A DNA stretch of 64,000 nucleotides from Promethearchaeota archaeon (lineage in GTDB: Archaea > Asgardarchaeota > Lokiarchaeia > Sigyniarchaeales > SOKP01), in NCBI GenBank assembly GCA_048937405.1, contig JBHLNF010000015.1:661-64660 (forward strand), written 5' to 3'. Below the pieces are notes generated by a model. That model was not told the DNA's origin. It saw nothing but the letters and a program-made list of their open reading frames with translations, and did no database searches. Below are positions 18,935-27,818 of this stretch, one piece after another; within the stretch, counting starts at the first letter, position 1, and each line of letters starts with the position of its first letter. A program made the translations under genes and the position numbers.

Positions 18935-20659
18935 ATGATTGAAATGAAAACTGAGCTATATATTAATAAGATTATTGAGGATACCGGTTTAACAAGAAAA
19001 GAAATTCAAGATTTAGTGGAAGACAAGAAAAACGAATTGAAAGGTCTGATTTCTGATGAAGGTGCTTTATTTATTATTGCCAAAGAATTAGGAGTTGATA
19101 TAAAGAACGGAACTAAGGACCTTTTAAAAAATATTGAACTTTTCATAACGGATCTTAATCAAAATATGAAAAACATTACTTTATATGGAAGAATCAAAGA
19201 AATTTACGATATTAATGACTTTAAAAAAAATGATGGAACGAAGGGGTTTGTAGGATCTTTCCTCTTACATGATAGCACTGGAGATGCGAGAATAGTGCTT
19301 TGGGATGAACAAGTCAAGATTTTAAATGAACCTAATTTTGTTCAAAATGAACTTGTTAAAATTATTAATGGGAATGCAAAAAAAGGTAAATATGGTGGCA
19401 TTGAAATACATATAGGAAGATATGGAAAAATAATTTTATCTCCTGAGGATGTAGATTATAAGAAATACCCCAAAATTACTTTTAAATCAATTAATATTAA
19501 TGATATCAACTTAAATCTTAAATCTATTTCAATAGAAGGAAAAATAATTCAAATTTCACAATTAAGTGAATTTATGAGAAAAGATGGGAGTCCTGGCTGT
19601 GTAAGATCTTGTACACTTCTAGATTCCACAGGACAGATAAGAATTACCTTCTGGAATGAAGATACAGAAAAATTAAAGAGTATTAACATTGATGACTTTA
19701 TATCAATAACGAATTTAAATCCTCGTTTGAGTAGTCTAGATTCAAAAACTATCGAACTTGTTGCAAATAAAAGTACAGAAATTACAAAGAAAGATAAAGA
19801 TCTTGATATCACAGGAGACTTCGCAAAAAAGATAAAAGATCTTCAGAAGAGTAAAGGAATTGTCTCTTTTGATGGAATTGTTACTTCAATTGATAATTTA
19901 AAGACTATATCTTTAAAATCTGGTGAAGATGTATCTTTATTAGGTTTCATTGTAAGTGATGATTCAGATGGTATTAGAGTTACTTTATGGCGTGAAAAAG
20001 CAGAAGAATATTCAAAATTGTTAAATGTTGGGCAAGGCCTCTCATTGAAAAATGTAATTGTAAAATATAGTAATTTTTCTAATCGAAATGAAATCTCCTT
20101 AATTAAGGAATCAATACTAGAACTAAAAGATTTAAAAATAAAAAATCTGAAAAGTATTGAACTTATAAAACAAGAAAACGCTGCAAATTTTTCTGGAAAT
20201 TACACTAAAGTTGAACATATTGAAGCAGCAGGCACAATTGAAATAAAAGGATTCATAGCTAAAGATCTAAACAATATAACAATATATGAAGCATGCAAGA
20301 ATTGTTTCAAGAAAGTTGAAAATTGCACCTGTGGTAAAGGAGATGATACTGAATTTAGAATGATTATTAATCTTATAATTGATGATGGAACAGGAACAAT
20401 TAGAACTACTTTTATTGGAAATCAAGCTGAAAAATTAATCGGAGTAGAAACTGATAAGGTAGTACAACTAAAAGAAACTCCTGAATTTGAAAAATTTCTG
20501 GAAAAAAAATCTGCTGAATTTTTAGGTAAAGATATCGTTATCAAAGGTAGAGCTAAATTTAGTGATTTTTCTAATCAATTTGAAATATCTGTATATGATT
20601 TCAAAGATATTAACATAGATGACGAATTAGAGACCGTAATGAAAAAAATTGAGACATAA
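18935..20659 (+). CDS. Replication protein A (multi-OB-fold ssDNA-binding protein with zinc finger)
   Basis: 574 aa. N-terminal LTRKEIQDLVEDKKNELKGLISDEGALFIIAKELGV is typical of archaeal RPA. Repeated OB-like units (G.V..I.....F...DG..G.V.S..L.D.TG.IR.T.W). CKNCFKKVENCTCG zinc module in the last OB fold. Confidence 0.8.
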   Translation: MIEMKTELYINKIIEDTGLTRKEIQDLVEDKKNELKGLISDEGALFIIAKELGVDIKNGTKDLLKNIELFITDLNQNMKNITLYGRIKEIYDINDFKKNDGTKGFVGSFLLHDSTGDARIVLWDEQVKILNEPNFVQNELVKIINGNAKKGKYGGIEIHIGRYGKIILSPEDVDYKKYPKITFKSININDINLNLKSISIEGKIIQISQLSEFMRKDGSPGCVRSCTLLDSTGQIRITFWNEDTEKLKSINIDDFISITNLNPRLSSLDSKTIELVANKSTEITKKDKDLDITGDFAKKIKDLQKSKGIVSFDGIVTSIDNLKTISLKSGEDVSLLGFIVSDDSDGIRVTLWREKAEEYSKLLNVGQGLSLKNVIVKYSNFSNRNEISLIKESILELKDLKIKNLKSIELIKQENAANFSGNYTKVEHIEAAGTIEIKGFIAKDLNNITIYEACKNCFKKVENCTCGKGDDTEFRMIINLIIDDGTGTIRTTFIGNQAEKLIGVETDKVVQLKETPEFEKFLEKKSAEFLGKDIVIKGRAKFSDFSNQFEISVYDFKDINIDDELETVMKKIET

Positions 20660-20749
20660 ATTATTCATTTTTTTAATCTCTAATTATCAATTTTGATCTC
20701 TTAGAATTTACTTCTAACCTTTTAAAATTAATGAGATGTTACCAAAAAT

Positions 20750-21190
20750 TTATTGAGATATTAAACAAATATTGTCATAGTTCCCTGGATTTTTAATAAT
20801 ATCATTGACGGTATCTAATAATGTCTGTTCTGATATACCCTTCATTTGTGTATTGAAAGGCCAAACTCCTATCATTATATCGCCAAATTTCTTAATGTTT
20901 CCAATTAAATATCCTGTTTTTTTCCCCTCTTTTTTTTTTGAGAATAATAGAACTAAAAAATAATTATAAGTATAATCAACAGCAGGATTCCCAATGATAA
21001 GAATTTCTTCTATATTCTGAAAATTTATTATCTCTTGATTTAATTCAGCTAGTTTTTTTAACTCTAAAAGTGATACTTCTGGAATAGATAAAGGTTTTTT
21101 AAAATTTAGACTTTTAAAACTTAATGTAAGATTTTTAGTTTCTAACTGCTCTTGTGCTCTAAAAATTACTTTAAAAATAAAAGAATCCAT
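20750..21190 (-). CDS. Hypothetical protein
   Basis: 146 aa, ATG start, no recognisable motif. Confidence 0.4.
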   Translation of the reverse strand: MDSFIFKVIFRAQEQLETKNLTLSFKSLNFKKPLSIPEVSLLELKKLAELNQEIINFQNIEEILIIGNPAVDYTYNYFLVLLFSKKKEGKKTGYLIGNIKKFGDIMIGVWPFNTQMKGISEQTLLDTVNDIIKNPGNYDNICLISQ

Positions 21191-21316
21191 GAAATTTATT
21201 CTTGCTAACTTAGTTTAAAAATTATTTGATAAATTTATCTAATATAGAAGCCTTCCAATTTTTTGTTTATTCTAATTATTCTATCTATTCTATTGATAGT
21301 CTTTCTGCTTAAACAA

Positions 21317-21634
21317 CTACTCTTGAATAAGTATGTTCTCCTCAGGAAATCCAAGATCAATCAAAAACTTCTTCAATTTAAATCTATGATCTCCCTGCAA
21401 CTCCACTTTATTATCTCTCACGGTCCCTCCAGACGCACATTTCTTCTTCGCCTTCGTCAATATATTATGCAAATTTATGTCAAAATTGCCTACAAACGTA
21501 ATAACTGTAACAACACGCCCCCATTTCCTTCTGTCATTAGATATCACTATTTGTTGTTCATCAGCACTCAAACTATCACATATACATAGCTCTTTTGGAA
21601 AACTACATATAGCACATATATCGTCGTCTTTAAT
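21317..21634 (-). CDS. Translation initiation factor aSUI1 (eIF1 homolog). The 5' end is extended beyond the track ORF to an apparent ATT start.
   Basis: SUI1 core: RRKWGRVVTVI..., KKCASGGTVRDNKVELQGDHRFKLKKFLIDLGF. In frame upstream of the track's TTG the sequence reads (TAA) E S I K D D D I C A I C S F P K E L C I C D S. This is the conserved archaeal aSUI1 zinc knuckle (C-x2-C-x6-C-x-C). No ATG/GTG/TTG lies between the stop at 21641..21643 and this motif. Confidence 0.8.
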   Translation of the reverse strand: MKDDDICAICSFPKELCICDSLSADEQQIVISNDRRKWGRVVTVITFVGNFDINLHNILTKAKKKCASGGTVRDNKVELQGDHRFKLKKFLIDLGFPEENILIQE

Positions 21635-22006
21635 ACTCTCTTATCACAACCAATACTGTAATACTTTAAAAATTTTAAATCTAACAAATAATAGAATAAA
21701 ATCTTATAAAAATCTTTTTCATTTTAAAAACACACCAATAGTAAACCGATGCAAATTCTCATAACTAATCAATGCTTTGCTCTTTAATAAGAATTCAAAA
21801 TATGGAAGAATAGTAATAGATGACTCCGTAATCTAAAAATTGTAGCTTATATTTACTCCACTCTTTTTATTTGAATTTTCGCTCTAGGATCTAGTAAATT
21901 AAATTAAACACTATTTATTCCAATTAAAAAAATATTTAAAGAAAAATTTTTATTATTTATCAATAGACTTATTCTATATGTAAGAATATATATGTGATTC
22001 TTTAAA

Positions 22007-22537
22007 ATGGAAAGCTCTTGGATTTTTAAAGTAATTGTCGCTGGGGCGGGAGGCGTTGGAAAAACCGCAATGATTACTCGATATTGCACCGGAAAATTCG
22101 AAGAAGGGTATAAAATGACTATCGGCGCCGGTTTCCATACAAAATCGGAAACGCTGGACACTGGTGAAGCTGTTAAAATGCAACTCTGGGATTTTGCCGG
22201 GGAAAAACGATTCCGCGAACTTCTCCCTGATTATTGCAAAGGTGCCAGCGGTGCCTTCATTTGCTTTGACATCAGCGACTATGATACATTTAGAGAAATC
22301 CCGGAATGGCTGAAAATTATCCGCCAAAAAGCGGGGTTTATCCCTATAATTCTTTTGGGAATGAAATGGGATCTCCAGGGTCATGAAGTAGATTATAACA
22401 TAGCAGATGATTATGCTACTAAAGCAAAATGCAACCAGTGCGTATTCTGCTCCTCAAAAGACAATTTAAATATAAATGAATCCTTTCAAGCTATGGCTAA
22501 ATGGCTTATTTATTACGCCGCTCAAGCAGATGATTGA
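22007..22537 (+). CDS. Rab/Ras-like small GTPase
   Basis: 176 aa. G1 GAGGVGKT, switch I T in MTIGAGF, G3 WDFAGEKRF, G4 variant GMKWD, G5 CSSK. No C-terminal Cys prenylation motif. Confidence 0.8.
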   Translation: MESSWIFKVIVAGAGGVGKTAMITRYCTGKFEEGYKMTIGAGFHTKSETLDTGEAVKMQLWDFAGEKRFRELLPDYCKGASGAFICFDISDYDTFREIPEWLKIIRQKAGFIPIILLGMKWDLQGHEVDYNIADDYATKAKCNQCVFCSSKDNLNINESFQAMAKWLIYYAAQADD

Positions 22538-22651
22538 TTTATAATTGTATAAATTGTTTTTTCTAATAGTTTGAGACCTCTTTAAATACTAAAGAAAAAG
22601 CTAAATATTATATTTAATAATTTAATATATCTATAAAAATATTATAAACCA

Positions 22652-22789
22652 GCCTCTGTAGCTCAGCTAGGGGGAAAATGCCACTTTCGGTATACTCGGC
22701 TAAGTAGAGCACCCGGCTGTTAACCGGGCGGTCACATGTTCGATTTCATTGTTCAATCTCTGAACAAGACGAGTTCCATGTCAGAGGCG
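22652..22789 (+). tRNA. tRNA-Asn (GUU), 138 nt, with two non-canonical introns (D-loop ~33 nt, T-loop ~31 nt) and an uninterrupted anticodon loop
   Basis: - Acceptor: GCCTCTG / CAGAGGC + G73.
- D-stem: GCTC...GAGC, enclosing AGCTAGG[GGGAAAATGCCACTTTCGGTATACTCGGCTAAG]TA.
- Anticodon arm: CCCGG CTGTTAA CCGGG.
- Variable loop: CGGTC.
- T-stem: ACATG ... CATGT, enclosing TTCGA + insert with hairpin TGTTCA-ATCTC-TGAACA.
- An oligo-T tract follows. Confidence 0.8.
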
Positions 22790-22798
22790 CATTTTTAT

Positions 22799-25450
22799 TT
22801 ATATATTTTCTAATTCCTTTCTACCCTTTTCAGTTAACTTTATTATTCTATTATTATGTACTCCCTCTATTGTAATTAATCCCCTATTTAACAACTTTTG
22901 GATATTTTTCCGAGTATTTCTTGAATTAACACCAACGCTATTCGCTAAATTTAAAGTTTTTATATTCTTATTTTCCTTTGATAATTTGAAAATATGCGTA
23001 AGATACTTCTTCCAAGCCTCTCCATATTCATACTTTTTTTGTAAGGGATCTTTAATTTTTTTCGGCTTTAATTCAAAATTCTGAATATTTTGCTGAATTT
23101 CATCTTTATATATCTTTATTTGAGTTTTAAAATCATCACCAAAAATACCAGTAGGAATCGAGTTAAGATTTTTAATATGTACTGTTTTATGACAATTGGT
23201 ACATAAACATACACAGTCTTCCCTAATTAATTTCTTACATATTGATTCAATATCATATTTTTTTATTTTTTCCCATTTTAATTTGTTGTCTGCCTCTTTC
23301 AGACCTGATCTATGATGAAATTGTAACGCAGGCAGGTTATTCTTTACAGTTGTTGAATTGCATCCTATACATTTACCATCATATAATTGTTCAATAACAC
23401 TACGTTTTTTAAGCCATTCAGTAACGCGAAACTTAATATTTCTATTATAATGTGTCTCATGGTTTTTTACTTTTTCATAGAGGATTTTATCAATCTTGTT
23501 TGCAGGTATATTGAAAATATTTTCTTTTAATATTACACTTTTATATTCATTAAATAGTTTAGCTTGTTCTCTGGAATGACAATTCCCACATAACGGAATT
23601 ACTTTTTCCTTTTCGAATATCTTCATTGTCTCTTTCCAATCCTTAGTCCTTCTTTCATTCCATGTATTACCTTTTATTTTCGGATCAGAATGATGAAAAT
23701 CAACAGCGTATAAAAGTTTAGAATCAGCATTGCATTGGGCACACATTCCCTTATACTTTCTCTGATATATATTTATAATTATTTTAAATTTGTAGACCAT
23801 TGGGTTATTAGATAAAATTTTTTTATTTGGAGTATAATTAGTGGGAATTTTTCGTGGTTCAATTTTGTTTTTTGGATTATGGTTAGATGGGAGTTTTGTT
23901 CTTTCGATTTTATTTTTTGGTTTAACATTAGCTGGGGGTAATGATCTTTCAATTTTATTTTGTGGTTTAGATTTCGGTGATAGGGGTGGTTTTTCTATTT
24001 CATTTTTTAGTTTTTGATTATCTATAAATTTTTTAATATTACTCTCTGCTTTTTTATAAAATTGCTTTATTTGATCCCAATATTCTGAATTAATGATAGA
24101 TTCATAATTTTTTTTAAATTGATGAGAATGGATCATTCTTTGGCAATTTGCACATATTGCTACACAGTTTTCTCTTTTTAGTGTTTTTACAATTTCAGGA
24201 TATGGTTGAGCTAATAATCTTTTCCATTGTTTTCTGTTTGGATTCTTTAAATCTATATGATGAAATTGAAGTCCTGGTAAATTATTTTTTATAGTTATTT
24301 GTTCACAAGCAACACATTTACCATTATATAATTTGCTTATTACAGTATATTTTCTGACAAATCTTTTAAAACTAGGGCGATGATCTACATGGATATGTTC
24401 TGAGTTTTGTTTTAAAAATTTTCCAATTGCTTTTTCAATTTGGATGGCATTTAGATTCTTATCATGAAATTTCTTATCAAAATTTTGAACTAAACTTTCA
24501 TACTTACGATAATTTTTAGCCCCTTCTTTCGTATGACAGTTTTTACATTCTAAATTTACTTTTTCACTTTCCAATTTTTTCATTGCCATCTCCCAATTTT
24601 TATGCCCGAAATTAATGCGTTGAGATTTCAATCTTGGAAAAGGATGATGAAAATCTAGAGATGGAAGCCTTTCTGTACCAGTACCACATTTTTGGCATCT
24701 TCCTTTTAAAATTCCATTGTAAATATTTAGAATTATTTTCCTTTTATTTCTAAGAGAATAGATTTGTTTATATTCATCTCTACAATCTTTGCAAATACTT
24801 CTGTAATATCCCTTTTTTTTTCGGCTGTCGTTACGAAATTCAAAATTACCAATTAACTTAATTTCATGACATCGACCGCATTCTTTTTTAATTACGTCGT
24901 GATCTAGTTTTTCAGGTATACTTTCCTTTATATTTCCAGATGTTTCTATACTGTCTTTTTTATTATTCGGGGTAATTTGAGGTTTATTGGGTGCATTTTT
25001 TTGTATGAAATTTTGCGGAAAGGCTGGTTGTTTGATTGAATTTTTTGGAGTATGATCAGGGGGGATTCTATATGGTTCAATTTTGTTTTTTGGATTATGA
25101 TTAAGCGGGAGTGTTGATCTTTCAATTTTATTTTTTGGTTTAATATTAGCTGGTGGAGTTGATCTTTCAATTTTATTTTCTGGTTTAGATTTGGGCGATA
25201 GTGTTGGTTTTTCTGACTGATTTTTTGGTTTTTGATCAGTTGTCATTTTAGGGGGTTCAAATTTATTTTTAGGTTCATGGGGGGGTTTTATTGGTTCAAA
25301 TTGAATTCTGGATTTCGGGGGTGGGTTGACATTATATTCGTCGTAAATTATGAATTTTTTTTCTGTGTTGGAAATTTTATTTGGTTTATGGCGCTTTGGT
25401 TTGGAGTCTTTTTCCTGTTTTTCAGTAGGTATATCACTCTTGACATTCAT
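22799..25450 (-). CDS. Internally duplicated protein: 2 x [Pro/Lys-rich PKNKIE repeats + two HNH-like beta-beta-alpha-Me fingers] + C-terminal winged helix
   Basis: 883 aa. Four C-x2-C ... [DQ]FHH ... C-x2-C-[HQ] modules:
- CQKCGT..LDFHHPF..CKNCH
- CVACEQ..LQFHHID..CANCQRMIH
- CAQCNA..VDFHHSD..CGNCH
- CIGCNS..LQFHHRS..CTNCHKTVH

The C-terminus LANSVGVNSRNTRKNIQKLLNRGLITIEGVHNNRIIKLTEKGRKEL looks MarR/wHTH-like. Confidence 0.6.
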   Translation of the reverse strand: MNVKSDIPTEKQEKDSKPKRHKPNKISNTEKKFIIYDEYNVNPPPKSRIQFEPIKPPHEPKNKFEPPKMTTDQKPKNQSEKPTLSPKSKPENKIERSTPPANIKPKNKIERSTLPLNHNPKNKIEPYRIPPDHTPKNSIKQPAFPQNFIQKNAPNKPQITPNNKKDSIETSGNIKESIPEKLDHDVIKKECGRCHEIKLIGNFEFRNDSRKKKGYYRSICKDCRDEYKQIYSLRNKRKIILNIYNGILKGRCQKCGTGTERLPSLDFHHPFPRLKSQRINFGHKNWEMAMKKLESEKVNLECKNCHTKEGAKNYRKYESLVQNFDKKFHDKNLNAIQIEKAIGKFLKQNSEHIHVDHRPSFKRFVRKYTVISKLYNGKCVACEQITIKNNLPGLQFHHIDLKNPNRKQWKRLLAQPYPEIVKTLKRENCVAICANCQRMIHSHQFKKNYESIINSEYWDQIKQFYKKAESNIKKFIDNQKLKNEIEKPPLSPKSKPQNKIERSLPPANVKPKNKIERTKLPSNHNPKNKIEPRKIPTNYTPNKKILSNNPMVYKFKIIINIYQRKYKGMCAQCNADSKLLYAVDFHHSDPKIKGNTWNERRTKDWKETMKIFEKEKVIPLCGNCHSREQAKLFNEYKSVILKENIFNIPANKIDKILYEKVKNHETHYNRNIKFRVTEWLKKRSVIEQLYDGKCIGCNSTTVKNNLPALQFHHRSGLKEADNKLKWEKIKKYDIESICKKLIREDCVCLCTNCHKTVHIKNLNSIPTGIFGDDFKTQIKIYKDEIQQNIQNFELKPKKIKDPLQKKYEYGEAWKKYLTHIFKLSKENKNIKTLNLANSVGVNSRNTRKNIQKLLNRGLITIEGVHNNRIIKLTEKGRKELENI

Positions 25451-25526
25451 TTTAAGATGGTTTGAAAATGTAATTAAATTACTACCTTTTCGATCTATTT
25501 AAAAAAAAAATTAAATACTCCCCGCT

Positions 25527-27545
25527 TTATGGCGTTTTACGATTTAAGGTCTTGATAATAAATTCTTCCCCGGTTGCTCCGTTGAAAAATAAGGCGTTGC
25601 GGTTTTCTTGGTTCTTTAAATAGTTAAGTTCTTTAGGATCGAGAGTGAATCGTTTACCGCATTCCAAATCGAGTCGAAACACAATTTTCAAGGATGGAGA
25701 TTTAGAGACACATTTAAAGAGGCTTGAAGGTTCATTATTTATGAGGAGAAAGGCGACGCCTCTGCTTCGGAATTCTTCGAGTAATTCTTTGAAGACATAT
25801 TCCATCTTGTCTTTAGCAATAAATTCATCGGAGCGAGGGTTATTCGATGTGGAGAGGGCAAGGATTTGGGAGGCATCGTCAATCATAATTAAGTTATGAA
25901 GTTGATTTTCTTCGAGATGTTCAGTTAAAGTTTTAATCATTTGAAGGAGGGCAAAAGTAATAATTCGTTTTTCCCAAATACTCGCGTCAGTGAGGTCCAA
26001 GAAAATATTCTCACCATATCTCCAATCTTGAAACCATTTGGGGCATCCAGAGTTTAATTTTAAAATTTTCTCGAGAACAGGACTTGTTAATCTTTCAGTT
26101 ACGGATTCTCTGATTCCAGTGGTAATATTGGTATGAAATTTTTCATTATATTGATTTAACGGATTGTCAAAATAATCAAGTGTCGCTTCAAAGAGATGAA
26201 TAGGAGTCTTTGGGAGGTTATTTGTTTCTTTATATGACATGATAGTATTATACAGCCCCGTTTTCACAACTCCTTTTAACCCAATAGAAGCAGTTAAATA
26301 ATCAGCAGTTTCATCAGCATGCTTCGCTGAGATCAGGAGATGGGAGTTTGGCATGATAAAATAGGGTATATTGATGTGATCTTTTCCAAATCTATAAATC
26401 TTATCTGATCCAAAAAATATTTCTTGATTTTTTTTTTTTAAATTGATGATTAGAACTCCTATGTTGGGTGCTTTTGTATTTATTTCATCTATTATGATAC
26501 TAGCGCAACTAGTTTTTCCACTTCCCGTCTTTCCAGCAATAATACAACTAAGGGAGAGGTCATTGATATGGAAATAAGCATTATGTTGGGTCAGAACGCC
26601 ATGGCGATATTGTTTTCCAAACCAGATATAGTTGTCATTCTTTTCAGAGATGGTAAGATCAATAATATTTTCATTTTGGAGGAGAAAAGGTTTTGGTAAT
26701 CCTGAATATTTTGGAAAATGAAAATCTATATTTGGAGGGGTAATAAAAGAGGGTATATCGTCCTTTGGAATCATGTATTCAATATGCGTTAATCGTATTC
26801 CCGTTGTTATCTTGTCAGTGTTAATCCAGAAGACTTTTCCAGCTAAGATTCTCTTCCACGTATCTGGTCCTGCTTTTTCAAGCGTAGCACGCTCTTGTTT
26901 GAGATTGACTATATTTATGGTGAGATATTTTAGCTCCGCCTGAAGAATTACTTTTTCAAGTTCGGTATAGACGTTTGGATTTTCATAAAATTCAATTCCA
27001 ACAAACACCTTTATTTTAAATTCACCAAAGTCTGGGAGATATGGAGTAGTTTGGATGGTATTGGTGATGGAGTCATCTTCTTGCCACAATATAAAAAGCT
27101 TTAAAATGTATTTCTTATTGGGATTTTCACGGTTATTTTGTATGAATTCTTTGATGAGGGAGGTTTTCACTTGCGAAGTAAAGACCGGAAACACAATTTC
27201 ATAGAGTAGAATATCTCCGCCAATTATGTCTTCTTCTTCAATAGGAACCTCAAAGGTCTCTCCGGATAGACCGGGAAATTCCTTTTTTAAACATTTAAGG
27301 AGTAAATTCTGTTTAATTCGTGCTTGTTTTTGGGTTGGAGTAGTCAAAAAAAACTCCCATATGATTTTATCTCCGAGTGAAGTAAGTTCTAATCCATAGA
27401 CCGTGTTATCATGAAAGTAATTTCGCAACCACGATTTTTGAATTTTAACAGGGGTACTTCTTTTCTGATCCAATATAGTTTCTTGTTGCTGCTGTGCTGG
27501 AGCTTGAGTCAATCTTACTCGAGCATGCCAAAACTTTAGAACCAC
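25527..27545 (-). CDS. P-loop ATPase, HerA/FtsK/VirB4-like, with an uncharacterised ~330-aa N-terminal region
   Basis: 672 aa, GTG start. Walker A IIAGKTGSGKTS. Walker B-like NLIMIDDASQIL. RSRGVAFLLINNEPSSL resembles the HerA/DUF87 R..G.....TQ.PS motif. G+C is visibly higher than its neighbours (25 of 60 in 25561..25620). Confidence 0.6.
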   Translation of the reverse strand: MVLKFWHARVRLTQAPAQQQQETILDQKRSTPVKIQKSWLRNYFHDNTVYGLELTSLGDKIIWEFFLTTPTQKQARIKQNLLLKCLKKEFPGLSGETFEVPIEEEDIIGGDILLYEIVFPVFTSQVKTSLIKEFIQNNRENPNKKYILKLFILWQEDDSITNTIQTTPYLPDFGEFKIKVFVGIEFYENPNVYTELEKVILQAELKYLTINIVNLKQERATLEKAGPDTWKRILAGKVFWINTDKITTGIRLTHIEYMIPKDDIPSFITPPNIDFHFPKYSGLPKPFLLQNENIIDLTISEKNDNYIWFGKQYRHGVLTQHNAYFHINDLSLSCIIAGKTGSGKTSCASIIIDEINTKAPNIGVLIINLKKKNQEIFFGSDKIYRFGKDHINIPYFIMPNSHLLISAKHADETADYLTASIGLKGVVKTGLYNTIMSYKETNNLPKTPIHLFEATLDYFDNPLNQYNEKFHTNITTGIRESVTERLTSPVLEKILKLNSGCPKWFQDWRYGENIFLDLTDASIWEKRIITFALLQMIKTLTEHLEENQLHNLIMIDDASQILALSTSNNPRSDEFIAKDKMEYVFKELLEEFRSRGVAFLLINNEPSSLFKCVSKSPSLKIVFRLDLECGKRFTLDPKELNYLKNQENRNALFFNGATGEEFIIKTLNRKTP

Positions 27546-27818
27546 TTTTTTTCTTCTTTTTTATTTTTAACTTTCTCAATGAATTAATTTGAATTATATC
27601 CATTTAAATAAAAAATTGAAAAGTGATATTGTAATTATATTTCTCCAATTCTGATCTATTCTAAATGAATTGTGCCCAAATATTCCATACTACTTTTAGT
27701 TATGTTAAATATTTAACTAATGTTGATAATTCTATTAAAGAATTTTTGAAGTTAGTCAATCTTATATTAATCTTAAGGAGTGAATGAAGAAATTGATTTT
27801 AGTTCTTCATTCTATCTC

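Noticed and set aside
21263-22384. Track ORFs 21263..21589 (+), 21477..21764 (+), 21904..22161 (-) and 21974..22384 (-)
   Set aside because: All overlap the clearly recognisable aSUI1 or Rab-like GTPase genes on the opposite strand or in another frame. They have no motifs. The higher G+C of the real genes lengthens spurious frames.
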